In this document: in pieces, positions 28,928 to 41,842 of the stretch | Layout: each line of letters starts with the position of its first letter | How positions within the stretch are numbered: position 1 is the first letter of the stretch | Assembly: GCA_951406725.2 (NCBI GenBank) | Contig: OX597814.1 | Span: 142,352,001-142,416,000 of the forward strand | DNA length: 64,000 nucleotides | Direction of reading: 5' to 3' | From: Octopus vulgaris | Taxonomy: Eukaryota | Notes under the pieces: generated by a model | Database searches by the model: none | Told to the model about the DNA's origin: nothing | What the model saw: only the letters and a program-made list of their open reading frames with translations | Made by a program: the position numbers and the translations under genes

Positions 28928-30352
28928 CAGTAGTTTTATTTTTATCACGTGCTTTGACTACACTACCGAGCGCAGCTCTGTATGCCTTGGATGTGCTGTA
29001 GTTTGTTGTGGTGCTCTTATTTTCACTGTATTGACAGTGGGGTGCCTAGTGGTGCTATTTTCTGAATGTTACATATGCTTGAAAGTCCTGGTGGTTTTGT
29101 TATGTATTTGTCTGAATGTTTTCTTTTTATCATACCTAAAATGTCTACTATAATAGGAATTGTTTCTATTTCTAAGCTCCACTTCGAGTTACCTCTATTT
29201 CCAAATCTTTGTCTTTTGAAAGTTTCTCTGTTTCCTTTAGAGAAACGTTGTCATCTGTTGGTATCGATACATCAATTAAAAAGCATTTTTTTTTCTTGGT
29301 GATCTCTGACAACTACATTCTGCTTATTAGCCTTGATTCCTCTATCTGTGAGTGTTGGTATGTCCTAGAGTATGGTTGCTTCCTAATTTTCTGTGGCTTT
29401 TATTGAGGTGTGCCCATACCATCTTAATTCTGTAGATATTCCATAGTGTTGGCATAGCGAATATATTCCTTTTTAGCCAGGACTGGGCAGCCAGAGACAA
29501 TATGATTTATTGTTTCTTCTCCCTCACCACATATTCTGTAGTTGCTTGTTATATTTTCCTTCATTACGTGTTTTTGGTAATTTCTGGTAGGAAGACTTTG
29601 ATCTTGTGCTGCAATTAAAAATCCTTCAATCTCTGCTTTGAGTCCTGTGCTTCTCTGCCACTGTAGGGATTTTGCTTTGTCTATTTCTTTTCCTGTTTAG
29701 TTTAACTCAATTTTTGCTATTAAGGAGGTTTTCTTGCCATCATTTTATCATGATCAGTTACTATTCCAGTTTTAGTTTGGATTTCAGTTGTTTTACAGCT
29801 CTTGTTACTTCTTTTCTTTATAGTTGTTAGGTGCTATGATTTCTCATTTGTATTTGTCAGCTTCCTTAAAGACAGCGAACAGTTTTTTGTTTTGTTCGTG
29901 TTTTGTGGCTATTTGTATCAGTTTTCCTTGCTTCTGAAGTAGGTATTTTTGTAATCCTATGGCGGTTATTTTGTAATAGCTTTCTAGCTCTATAAGGCCT
30001 CTACCACCTTCAATACGTTGTATGTATAACCTTTCTAAGTCAGATTTTGAGTGGCGCATCTTAAATCCTGTCATTATTTTTCTTGTTTTCCTGTCTATTT
30101 TAATTAGTTCATTTAGAGTCCTATTAAGAATATTGTAGCTGTAACTTATAACTGGGACGGTTAGAGTGTTGATACCTATTATCTTGCTTTCCACATTGAT
30201 ATCTCTTTTCAGTATTAATCTAATTCATCTGTAGTATTCCTTTCTTATCTTCTCTTTCATTTCTGAGTGTTGTTTCGTATTTAGTTCATTGATTCCTAAG
30301 TATTTGTTTCACTGGCTTTGGTCTAATTCTCTTATTTCATTTGCTTTATCAT
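28928..30352 (-). pseudogene. R4/Dong-like RLE LINE remnant in (TAA)n
   Basis: KIDRKTRKIM..HSKSDLERLYIQRIEGGRGL; RICGEGEETINHIVSGCPVLA; endonuclease-like FLIDVSIP; TAT/TAA repeat flanks. Confidence 0.8.
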
Positions 30353-30496
30353 TATCATTATTGTTGTTGTTGTTTTATTATTATTACTATTATTGTTATA
30401 TAGATAAATATAAGTAAATATGTGCGTATATATGCATATATATACGTTATACATATATACTTAAATATTTATATATGTGTGTGTGCACACACACAA

Positions 30497-30541
<45 letters not shown>

Positions 30542-30572
30542 TAAACATATATTTATATATATATATATATAT

Positions 30573-30643
<71 letters not shown>

Positions 30644-30669
30644 GGGTGTGTGTGATTGTGTATAGAAGA

Positions 30670-31091
30670 ATATATTAATAAAAGGAATTCCAGCCTTGTC
30701 TGATTTTCACGTTTTATTTACAATCTTATAGTGATATAAGATAATATAATATAATAAAATAAAATAAAATAATCGAATGTTAAATGTTCATTCTGAATGA
30801 ACTAGTACTTTCATGCATTAAATTCTGCAATCTTCAGGTTCATGTAGTAGTGGTGACAGCATGCTTCACAATTTTTGACTGCCAAAAATTGTGAAGCATG
30901 ACTGTCACCACTACTACATGAACCTGAATATTGCAGAATTTTATGCATGAAAGTACTAGTTCATTCAGAATGAACATTTAACATTCTATTATTTTATTTT
31001 ATTTTATTATATTATATTATCTTATATCACTATAAGATTGTAAATAAAACGTGAAAATCAGACAAGGCTGGAATTCCTTTTATTAATATAT
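30670..31091. repeat. 422-bp near-perfect palindrome with a hammerhead motif in each arm
   Basis: ~208-bp arms around a 5-nt loop ACTGC (30878-30882); HHRs at 30797-30843 (-) and 30918-30964 (+). Confidence 0.9.
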
Positions 31092-33331
31092 ATATACACA
31101 CACACATGCACATCTACGCACGCACTCACACACTCACACACATAAATGTATGTATATACACTTGAGAGTATTTTAAAATTTTATTCGTCTCCAACGAAAA
31201 TCCGCATTGCTTACACTGTTAATTTTTCATCAACCATACTGAGTTCCACTCTTAATTTTTTTTCCTGGTAGGATTCTTTCATTTTAGCCAATATGAATAT
31301 ATTCTTTCTTAGATGCCGATTCTCGTAAATATTTTCAACCTTATGTAATTACAGGCTATATGTTAAAAGAATTGGCAACACAACCGAATGATATCGTTTA
31401 ATATATATTTTTTTTTACTGAGAAATGAAAAGCGAAAATCTAAAACGCTCTTCTTTGAAATGATATTTGAAAATAAGGCGATAATTTGTGCTAAAAATAA
31501 AAGTAAGTATTAGTCACAATATTTTTGCTCCGAATCTTGTTCTTATTGCAAGGTTTCTTCGGCATACCAACAAAAGTGAGTGTTGTTACTTCGTATATAA
31601 CGAAAAATATATTTGATAACGCAGACTGCGAGCGAGGGAGACAGGTAGTTGTTTTAAAAAATATAGACAGTGCTTTGAGAAGCTGCGTTTCACTGAAAAT
31701 AGCTGCTGATGAAAGAAAACCACTAATCGAGCATCTGGATGATGTTAAGAGTAGTGGCTAAGTTTCCCTTAAAGTATTCTCTATGATCTTTGAAAAGAAA
31801 CATTAAATAATGTGGATATGAGACGTTGAAGCACATCCGTTTAGGTGCCGCTTATTTGGCATCATTGATTTGACTTCAGCCGTTTTAATGTTTTTCTTGC
31901 TTTCTTCCACCTCTAACTGTTTTCTTTCTTCCTTTTCTTCTTCCTTCCTCTCTATCTTTCACTCTTTCTCTCCCCTCCTTTCTCTCTCTCTCTCACTCTT
32001 CCTCCCTCTGTTTTATATGTGTGGGCTTATTTTTTATATACATGAGGAGTGGGAAACGTGTCTAGGCCGTTTGTATTCAATTTATAAATTGTAATGTCTC
32101 TCTCTTTCTTTCTCCCCCTTCTTTCTCTCCTTCTTTCTCTCCTTCTTTCTCTCCTCCTTTCTCTCCTTTTTTCTCTCTCTATTTGTATGTCTATATTTGT
32201 GTGAAGCACCTTAATGCGTGTGTATCTGTGTGAGTGTGTATGTGTGCAAACGTGCGCGCGCGTCTGTTTGTGCTTTTCCTCCGGCGCCAAAAAGTACTGT
32301 AGCCAAAGCAGGTTGAATGTCCAATCAGCCGCGAGATATCGTCAGCGTCTAGGCCTATCGTTCCAGGATAATGTGATCCCAGGTGCAGAGCTTTCGGAAA
32401 AAGGACTGTATGATCACCGTTGGAATACTTTTGATCACAGGTCTATGGAAACAGAGCTGACTCGAGGATGATAAAGCAATATGGGGAGACATTAGGGAAC
32501 CCTTTAAGAGGTCACTGGACCTACTAGAATAGCAGCCAAATCCTTGCTCAAATCACATCCTGCTATTTTAAGAAAAAGGAGGGACAAGGGATAATTCAGT
32601 CTTTTATATGCTATTTTATGATTTTGCTTAGGCATTGAGACATTATTAACCAGTTGTTAGGACTCAGTATACTTGTGCTTAGAGTAAAGCTTCAGGAGGG
32701 TACAGAGCGTAATGTTCATTGACAAATGACAAATAAACAGGAGTTACGTAATCACCTTCATTGGCTTACTGCTGTTTCTGCTATGGTAAGCAGTGCGCTC
32801 GGAGATGAGAGCTCATGCGACATCCTTATAGCTTCCTCGGGACCTGAATTTCTGAGACGAAAAATTATCATTATTATACTCTGATACAGGGTCTAGTGTA
32901 ATCACCTTGGTTGTTATAGATACATTATTTTGATTGCAGCACTCTTCGGTCTCTCTCTAGATGTTTGTTTTTGAATTTTGGAAAGAAAAACGTCGTTAGT
33001 TATTATACATCTGTATTGCAACTAGTTCGTTATGCTTCAACGAAAGTATATATATCTTGACCGACCCAGGGATTGAACTAACTCCCATTATCTAATGTAT
33101 TTTCTACTACACTTAAAACTTGACGCTTAACTCCTATCTTCACCATCCCATTGTACCAGGCCAACATTGAAGCTGTTCTAAAATGCTTAGTGTAGGTTGT
33201 TTGTTACTGAGGATAATGCGAATGTTCTGATTCGGCAAATTTTAGCACGACAGAGAGAGAGAGGGGGAAGGAGAGAGAGAAGGAGGGAGGGAGGGAGGGA
33301 GAGATAGAGAGAGAGAAAGAGAGAAAGAGAG

Positions 33332-33362
<31 letters not shown>

Positions 33363-33399
33363 TACACTACGGTTAGTAGGACCCAAAGCAGAGAGGTGT

Positions 33400-34330
33400 C
33401 GGAAACCTGTTTCCTGGAGAATATGTTTTCAGGAACTTGTTTTCAAAAATCAGTTAGAAATGAACTTTATGTAGCAACTCAATCTCGTGACCTCATATTG
33501 ATCAATAAATTCTTTTTCTATTGAAGCGACATCCGATACAAAAGATGTATTAACAGGACATCCATTGTCGATAACATCAAAGATAAAAGATTCGCAAGAC
33601 TCTCTAAGCATGGCTTTAATTTCGTTAGTTTTCCAAGCCTGCTCTTGGAATTGCTGAACAGTAACTTTAAGTTTACTGCGTACTATTTTAATTTATTGTC
33701 TTTGAAATGAAGATCAAGAAACGAATTTATTCTCAATTTTATATTGGCAAAGTGATAAAATCATTTTCTTACTAGAAGCTAATTTAATTGTTGAAACTCA
33801 AAACTATTTTGGCAAGTTCAGTAGAAGCATTGTTCTTTCCTTAAAGTGCCAGTTTTAAATGTTGCAGTTGCTACCATAATCCCGTACCCATTTGGACATT
33901 CTAGTCGAGGGCAATTCTCTTCCTTTTCCTAATTTTTCACAAAAGTAAGGATTAGTTCAAAAAGTAGAATAAACTTTTTAAAATAATACGGTAAAATGAA
34001 AGGCCTCTTGGTTTTTCTTCAAGACCCAGATCCGACAAAATTTCTCAATCAACGGTGCATCTTTTACACTTCTCTGAACGAAGTTCACAGTTTCTAAAAT
34101 CAAATTAATTCCAACATTAAACTGGAAGCGTTTCTTCACTAGATTTTCACTGTAGATGTGACAGTGAAAACATTGGGGGACATTTTGACGTACCAAAGCT
34201 GATGTTCCCACAGTTGTAATACTAATTTATGCAGCGGTATTTGACTATTTGACAATGTTTTGTCATACATTTTTATATCAAAGCCTTTGTGGTTTCCTAT
34301 AAATTTATGTCCAAGAATTTCATTTATATT
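33400..34330 (-). pseudogene. Highly decayed hAT-type transposase remnant
   Basis: IPLHKLV..TTVGTSALV..CFHCHIYSENL resembles the hAT TTDGA..HCxxH region; many stops. Confidence 0.45.
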
Positions 34331-34624
34331 TCCATCATTACTTGTTTTATCTTCTTAGTTAAGAAGGAAGGCAATGCCCATTCCTCGTTACAGGGTTTCC
34401 GGGACTGATATGAGGAAGGGAGCAAGATATTCCCAAATAGGAAACCAATCCCGAATGTTTACAACAGAGTGGACTCCACGAAATGCGACCAAGGTGCCAA
34501 ATGTGGTGATGTTAAACCAGATGATTGGTTAAGTCTACCACGTAAGTGGGCTATGGCTAATTATAACTAATTGAAGGTTACCTCAAATGCTCATTGATTC
34601 AACCAATATTAAACTTTAATATAC

Positions 34625-34728
34625 TCAGTACCAGTTACGCACTGGAGTCGATGAAATCGACTTAATCCCTTTGTCTGTCCTTGTTTGTCCCTTCTATATT
34701 TAGCCCCCTGTGGGCAATAAAGAAATAA
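34625..34728 (+). mobile_element. 3' fragment of Tx1-tailed SINE B variant
   Basis: GTACCAGTTACGCACTGG..TTAGCCCCCTGTGGGCAATAAAGAAATA matches the reverse complement of 10211-10310. Confidence 0.7.
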
Positions 34729-35928
34729 TTTTTTTTTTACTGTCATCAGCAAAAACAAAATTGTTCTTCAGTTGTTTGGTTGAAAGCTCTATTTTCTTGT
34801 TCTTAGTTACTCTGTTCAGTGATTTTAAACAAAAGTTTTATGATTTCAACTTATGCGAATGAAAACTTTGCTCACAGCATTACATTATAAAATCAATGTT
34901 AAGCGTTCATTAATTCATTAATCACAATAACAAATATAATTTTTAATACCTAAAGTTTAATTACCATAAATACATTTGTTTTCTTAAATATTTCTCAAAG
35001 CTTATCACGTCGAAGAATACACTAATTAGTTATAATCCATAATATCGGCGTGTGATACTGGAGAAGAGGGACACGTATCTAAATAACTTCAAAGACAAAA
35101 CATGTCTATGATGAAATTTTCTCTCAGACAAAACCACAGTATCGTGTTTTTCAGTAGAATAATGTTATATGTACATTTAGTATGATATGCAGATGACTAC
35201 ATATACACACTCCCCACCACACACACACATTCATACATACATACATGCATACTTATGCATATACATGCACACAGAGAGACACAAATAGAGGTAATATTCT
35301 AAATGGCATCAACAACAAATAAAGAAAATTTCTGACCAACTAAAACATATCTCCTACTTACAAAAATCTGACATACCGAATTTAAATGCTAGACTAAACT
35401 TTGAACTTTAACCATTACTCTTTCAAACCAAAGAATTAAATCCAATTAAACCAACAAAAATTAAAATTAGTGACAAATCCCTTGACCAAAAAACTCTACC
35501 TACCTACGTTCTTTCCAGAATTCCTAAAATCAACCTCATGACTTGAAGCTGACTAACCTAAATATACACACTTGTTTACAAAGTTCTTCACATATGAGTA
35601 TACTCTGAACAATAACATAACAGCAAATTTAATCAATAAAATATTCTCCATGACACCTTCCATCTCAGCCCACCCTGCAACCCAATCACCATTCTCCAGA
35701 ACTCCACTTACCAGAGGAAAATGTTTTAAACTCAATAGAGATTATTCCAAGCCAAGATTAACTCAAATGCATCGCAGTTTGATGATGACTTTGCTGGCCG
35801 AAACTTCGAAATCACTATCAATGCAATTCTTGTTAAAGAGAAAAAAGATTTGTTCTTTACAAAACTATGGAGTAATGCTTCAGATGAATGCAAAATTGCT
35901 TACTATTATAATCCAACATAAAACATAC

Positions 35929-36342
35929 TCTTTTTACTTGTTTCAGTCATTTGACTGCGGCCATGCTGGAGCACCGCCTTTAGTCAAGCAAATCGACCCC
36001 AGGACTTATTATTTCTAAGCCTGGTACTTATTCTATCGGTATTTTTTTACCGGACCGCTAAGTTACGGGGACGTAAACACACCAGCATCAGTTGTCAAGC
36101 GATGGTGGGCGGGGGGGGGGGGACAAACACAGACACACAAACATATACACACACACGTATATATATATACACATATATACGACGGTCTTCTTTCAGTTTC
36201 CGGTTACCAAATCTACTCACAAGGCTTTGGTCGGCCCGAGGCTATAGTAGAAGACACTTGCCCAAGGTGTCACGCAGTGGGACTGAACCCAGAACCATGT
36301 GGTTACTAAGCAAACTACATACCACACAACCACTCCTGCGTC
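35929..36342 (-). mobile_element. SINE family A, full length
   Basis: Reverse complement of the 607-1000 consensus. Confidence 0.85.
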
Positions 36343-37544
36343 TGTATGTATGTATGTATGTATGTATGTATGTATGTATGTATGCATGTATGTATTATGT
36401 ATGCGTGTATATACACACTGGTGCACAAACACGTACATGTATATCAGAGTTTTCTCCCCTGCTTTTCTTGACCAGAATAGTCAATAATGCTAATGGCTTT
36501 CCTTTATTGCAGATATAATTTTAATGCGACGCAGAGTATTAATGTTACTACCTCTCCCCACCACCCACACTTAATATATTCTTATGAAAGACATCATTGG
36601 ATAAATTTTTCCCACGTCATAACTTAATTATATTTCTTTAACATTAGATTAAACTGAGTTTAGAAACTTTCAGCCCATTCAGACTGTATAGAAAAAAGTT
36701 TAGACCACCTCCAACTAAATGCAGGTCAAGCTGAGTTCATGGACAAGATGAATGCTAGAAATGATGATGCGATAAATAGAATTTCAGCTTAGGGGAGATT
36801 TTCGTTTAATAATTCGATATCCTTGAAATTACCTCACTATATAAAATGTTAACAATGGCTCCCAGGCGGCCTTTCTTTCTTTCTCTCTCTCTCTCTCTCC
36901 CAACTTTTCCCCAAACTTTTTAAAAATAAGAGACAAAAGAAAAGGAAAAATAATGATTGATAAAACAGCGAGCAATTGTGTGGTTCTAATGTGGAATTAA
37001 TGCTTATAGAAATCAGATATTTCAAAACAGATGTATTTTCATTTAGATGATATTTAGAAATGTGAGCTATTGGATAAAAATGTTTGGAACTGCTTGTTTT
37101 GTACAACCTCCACCCACCTCACACTCATTCCTTGTCGCCTTCTATTCTCATTTCTTCTGACTGTCAGATATATTCGTTCGTTTTTTCCGACTTGGCACCC
37201 CCATCGTCATACGTCTGAAAAGAGGTAAAATTTATTCACATTTCAAAAGCAATAAACGAAGATTGAAGAGAAGAATATAATTACATAGACAATGTAAAAC
37301 ACGATAAAAATAAAATATTTTTCGTGTTAATTCAAATAATATTGCAGAAGATTTAAGTAAATGTGTGTGTGGGGGGAAGGTAAAGAGATACGAACGAATT
37401 TATTTGACAACCCAGAGTAAAAATCCAACACAAAATGGTTTGTTTTGACTAAATACAATGACACGATACATTTGAGAACAAATGAAACGGGATGTTGTGA
37501 TGCTTATGCTGTTCCTAATGATTGTGAAAGTCTCAAGGGAAGAG

Positions 37545-37766
37545 AAATCCTGGCTTCAAATTTTGACACCGGGCCAGCAATTTTAAGGGAAAGAGTAAAT
37601 CTGTTACATCGATCCCCAGTTTTCAGCTGGTACTTATTTTATCGACCCCTGAAGGGATGAAAGGCAAAGTCGACCCCGGCGAAATTTGAGCTCAGAACGT
37701 GATGACGGACGAAATGTCGCTAAGTATTTTGTCCGGCGTGCTAAATATTCTTCCAGCTTGCCGCCT
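37545..37766 (-). mobile_element. SINE family B (older copies at ~43150-43300, 45620-45830, 57600-57795; partial + copy ~42810-42900)
   Basis: GGCGGCAAGCTGG head and GTCGACTTTGCCTTTCATCCCTTCAGGGGTCGATAAAATAAGTACC body. Confidence 0.75.
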
Positions 37767-37857
37767 CGGTGAAGAGAAATATTCTTATTCAAAATTTGAA
37801 ACCTAGTTTTCATCAGGATTCGCCAATGTATTAGATTTAGTTGGGTTAAATGGTACA

Positions 37858-38363
37858 GGCATGGCTGAGTGGTTAACAGGTTATTTGCCTCGCAAGTACA
37901 GGAGTTCGAGTTCTGACCCATCGTGCGGCATCTTGAACATCTGTTTGTTATCTCTTGCTCGTTTAATCGATGGGTTTAATCGAACAAATCAACCCCTGTA
38001 CTTACCTTTTGTTTTTAAAGTCTGGTACTAATTCTATCAGCTTCTTTTACTGAGATATAAACTAGCACCGGTTGTCAGGCGACGGTTAGGGAACTGACAT
38101 AAATGCACACACACGCACACGATGGGCTTCCACTCAGTTTCTGTCAACCAAATTCACTCATAATGTATTGTTCTGTCCGGTTTATAATAGAAGACATTAG
38201 TCCATCCAAGATGCTGCACAGCTGGATTGAAACCGAAATCATGTTCTTCTCAGTTAATAAAAGATTTCTGAATGAAATTTGATAGTAATTATTCTATCGA
38301 TTTATTTTGCCGAACTGCTAAGTTACGGGGGCGCAAACACACCAACACAAAGTCTCACTGTCT

Positions 38364-38395
<32 letters not shown>

Positions 38396-38560
38396 TATAT
38401 GCGATGGGTTTGTTCCAGTTTCTGTCTACCAAATCCATTCACAAGGCTTTGGTCAGCACGAGGCTATAGTAGAAAACACTTGCCCAAGGTGCCACACAGT
38501 GCGACTGAACCTGGAACCAAATGGCAGGAAAGCAAGCTTCTTACCACACAGCTATGCCTG
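37858..38560. mobile_element. Cluster of SINE A fragments (+ head 37858-37945; - copies 37960-38245 and 38290-38560)
   Basis: Similarity to the family A head and body. Confidence 0.7.
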
Positions 38561-39251
38561 TCTTCGATTTTGTTAATTGTTCAGTCGGAAGATGAGTGAG
38601 GACAGAGTCTTTAATCCTTTCCAGGGACTCCGAGGCCCGTAGAAGGGAGGAAAGAATTTATCTACAGGATAGCAACAAGGCCCGAATGACGACAGTAGAG
38701 CTTACTCCGTTGAAGACACCCATAGGTATGGTGGGTTTGCTAATCCAGAAGACAACTTAGGCATACATGTGTGCATGCGCGCGTGTTATAAAGGCGATTC
38801 ATTTTCTTTTCCGCTTTAAGAATGCATTTCATTTTACATCGGTTATAAATTCCTTAGCGGTTAATTTTATTTGGTAGTTATACGTTTATTTCTGATTTTC
38901 AACCGTTATATTCTCTGAAATAAATCAATATCATACGGATGCCAACAGTTGTTTTATTTGAAAACATTTAGGTGGAGGTGACCGTTTTATAAATAGAAAA
39001 AAACTACTAACGGCAACGGACGTTGATGAAACAGTAACACACACGGCGACGACAAAGACGTCAGCGAGAAGAATGAATAAACAACTACACCAGCTTGATA
39101 ACAGCACTGCGTTGGCTAAGTATGAGAACTGACTGATCGTTAAACTAAACTTAAGTTGTTGTGAAAACCATTGACCTTTATATTTATGTTTTGGTCCTCT
39201 TCTTTTCTCTATCTAACATGTCTTAACAAGAAAACCAAATAAAGATTTATA

Positions 39252-39582
39252 GGCGCAGGAGTGGCTGAGTGGTAAGTAGCTTGCTTACTAACCACATGGT
39301 TCCGGGTTCAGTCCGACTACATGGCATCGTGGGCAAGTGTCTTCTACTATAGCCCCAAGGCCACCAAAGCCTTGTGAGTGGATTTGGTAGACGGAAACTG
39401 AAAGAAGCCCGTCGTATATATATTTATACATATATATGTATATATATATATCTGTAAAATAATATGGGACAATTATTCGGTTGCCATAATAATTGTCACA
39501 TACTACATTTACAGATAAATTCCTCTATTTGCATATCATCGAGGTCTCTTTCATTCTTTTGTTGTCTTACCATTACTATTAG

Positions 39583-39643
<61 letters not shown>

Positions 39644-39945
39644 GGCAAGACAACAAAAGAATGAAGACCTCGATATTATGTAAATAGAGGAATTTATCTC
39701 TAAGTATAGGTGACAATTATTCGGTAGCCATATATGTATGTGCATCTGTGTCAGTGTTTGTCCCTCCAACATCGCTTGACAACCGATGCTGGTGCGTTTA
39801 CGTCCTCGTAAGTTAGAGGTTAGGCAAAAGAGACCGATAGAATAAGTACTAGGCTGAGAAAGAATAAGTCCTGGGGTCGATTTGTTCGACTAAAAGCGGT
39901 GCTCCAGCATAGCCGCAGTCAAATGACTGAAACGAATAAAAGGAT
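39252..39945 (+). mobile_element. SINE family A with a foldback insertion at ~39450-39731
   Basis: Head 39252-39415, tail 39740-39945; the insert matches the 290-480 family. Confidence 0.85.
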
Positions 39946-40406
39946 AAAATAATAAAAGAATAAACATTTTTAAAAACAAATAACAAACCATTTAGCTATA
40001 TAATATAGTTGGTCAAATGCCAACAAACAACTTGTTATAAATCCCAGCGTTACTCCAGCGAACGGTTTGGATCCGTTCAAAATAATTATCTCTTGTGCGG
40101 TTTCAGTCCCTTGTTAGAGAAGAATATTAAGATAGGTGTGTGAAACATGGATGCAGGCATAACTGTGTAGTGAAGTATAGATGCAGGGAAAACAGCATAG
40201 TTAAGCAATTTGATTTGAAGCCATGCAACCAGTATTCACGTGGTTCCAGACACGCCCCCACCACCTTCATAGCGCAGCACATTACGTACGTGTCTATTAT
40301 AAACTTGGATTGACAAAATGCTTTCTGAGCAGAAATTGTGTTTGGTAAACGGAAACTGCACAGAAGGTCATTATGGTAAGTGTGGATGTGTTTGTGTGTA
40401 TGTGTA

Positions 40407-40470
<64 letters not shown>

Positions 40471-40884
40471 GTGTGCGTGCGTGCATGTGTGTGTGTGTGC
40501 ACTTGTGCACGCGCAATGCAAAACAGAACACGTGAGTCAGTTTGGGGAATATTAACTAAATATTTAGTTACACAATATTTCTCCTGCCTATTTCGTTTTG
40601 TATATGTACACTGTGACACACCCGATTGTGGATTCATACTGAATAATACGCGGGTCAATAATACGAATGGGAATATACAAGGAGTTTTAAATACTGATTA
40701 TTTGTCGAACAATTTTGGTTTTAAATTACTTCCTCCCTCCTCTCCCTCCCCCCTCTCCCTCTCCCCTCTCTCCACTATCTCTTTCCCTCTCTCTCTCTAT
40801 ATATATATAATATAAATAAAATATATATATGCATATTTACATACATATATGTACATATCTACATATATATGTTTATATATGCAT

Positions 40885-41230
40885 ATATGGGTACAGGACG
40901 TAAAAAACGTGAACAAAATGAGAAACGAGAGCACAAAAAGCAAAAACATGGAAAACGAACATTTTTAAAACAACGAAAGAAACAAAGAAACGAGACAGGC
41001 AACATAAAGAACATCCCCTTCATCAGTTGTCCCCTGTTTTATCTACTCTGCGTTTCGAACGACGAGACAAGACGCGACTTTGTTAAAACAGTCGTCCCCG
41101 CTAAGCAAATTAAGAAAAAATTGGAATTTGTAGAGTGTTAAAGTGACGACAAAAAAAGGACAGTGTGAAGAAAACAGTAAAAACAAGCGGTAAGGGTTGT
41201 TAAGCCATAATGAGGTGAAGTGGTGAATGC
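40885..41230 (-). mobile_element. PLE-like 3' repeat carrying the rearranged hammerhead
   Basis: Similar to 12200-12560; contains the motif at 41014-41078. Confidence 0.65.
41014..41078 (-). ncRNA. Candidate non-circularly permuted hammerhead ribozyme, intact core
   Basis: GUCGC-GUC-UUGUCUC-GUC-GUUC-GAAA-CGCAG-linker-GGGACAA-CUGAUGA-A-GGG. Confidence 0.65.
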
Positions 41231-41334
41231 ATGTATATATGCATATATATGTATATATGTAGGTATGTGCATATATGTATGTATATATGCATGTATATAT
41301 ATATATGTATATATGCATATATATATATATATAC

Positions 41335-41378
<44 letters not shown>

Positions 41379-41399
41379 TATATTATTATATAAATAATA

Positions 41400-41443
<44 letters not shown>

Positions 41444-41453
41444 TTACTACTAT

Positions 41454-41510
<57 letters not shown>

Positions 41511-41520
41511 CACTACTACT
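41400..41520. repeat. (CTA)n microsatellite, one of many SSRs, e.g. (TAT)n 13561-13611, (GGT)n 43520-43607, (AAT)n 51095-51180
   Basis: Directly visible in the sequence. Confidence 0.95.
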
Positions 41521-41773
41521 CATTTTTTAAAACATAGCTATGTATATGTAATTTTTTTATGCATTTGTCTGTGCGTTTGTTAATGTGTTGAAAGTTACTG
41601 GACGATGACGAATCAAAACTGCTTACTATGTAACAAAGTTGAATATTACGTCATCAATATATGTGCACAATATATTTATTTATAATAGTGAGAATAGATA
41701 CCAACGATCATAATTGAGGAAAGCATTAACGTTAACAAATCAAAATTAATAAAAACCAAAATCATTATCAAAT

Positions 41774-41842
<69 letters not shown>

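Noticed and set aside
41027-41056. Ordinary type II hammerhead reading that cleaves at GUA after GAAACGCAGA
   Set aside because: Bases after that GUA cannot pair with the GACAA before CUGAUGA, whereas the upstream UUGUC/CUGUC arm pairs and covaries.
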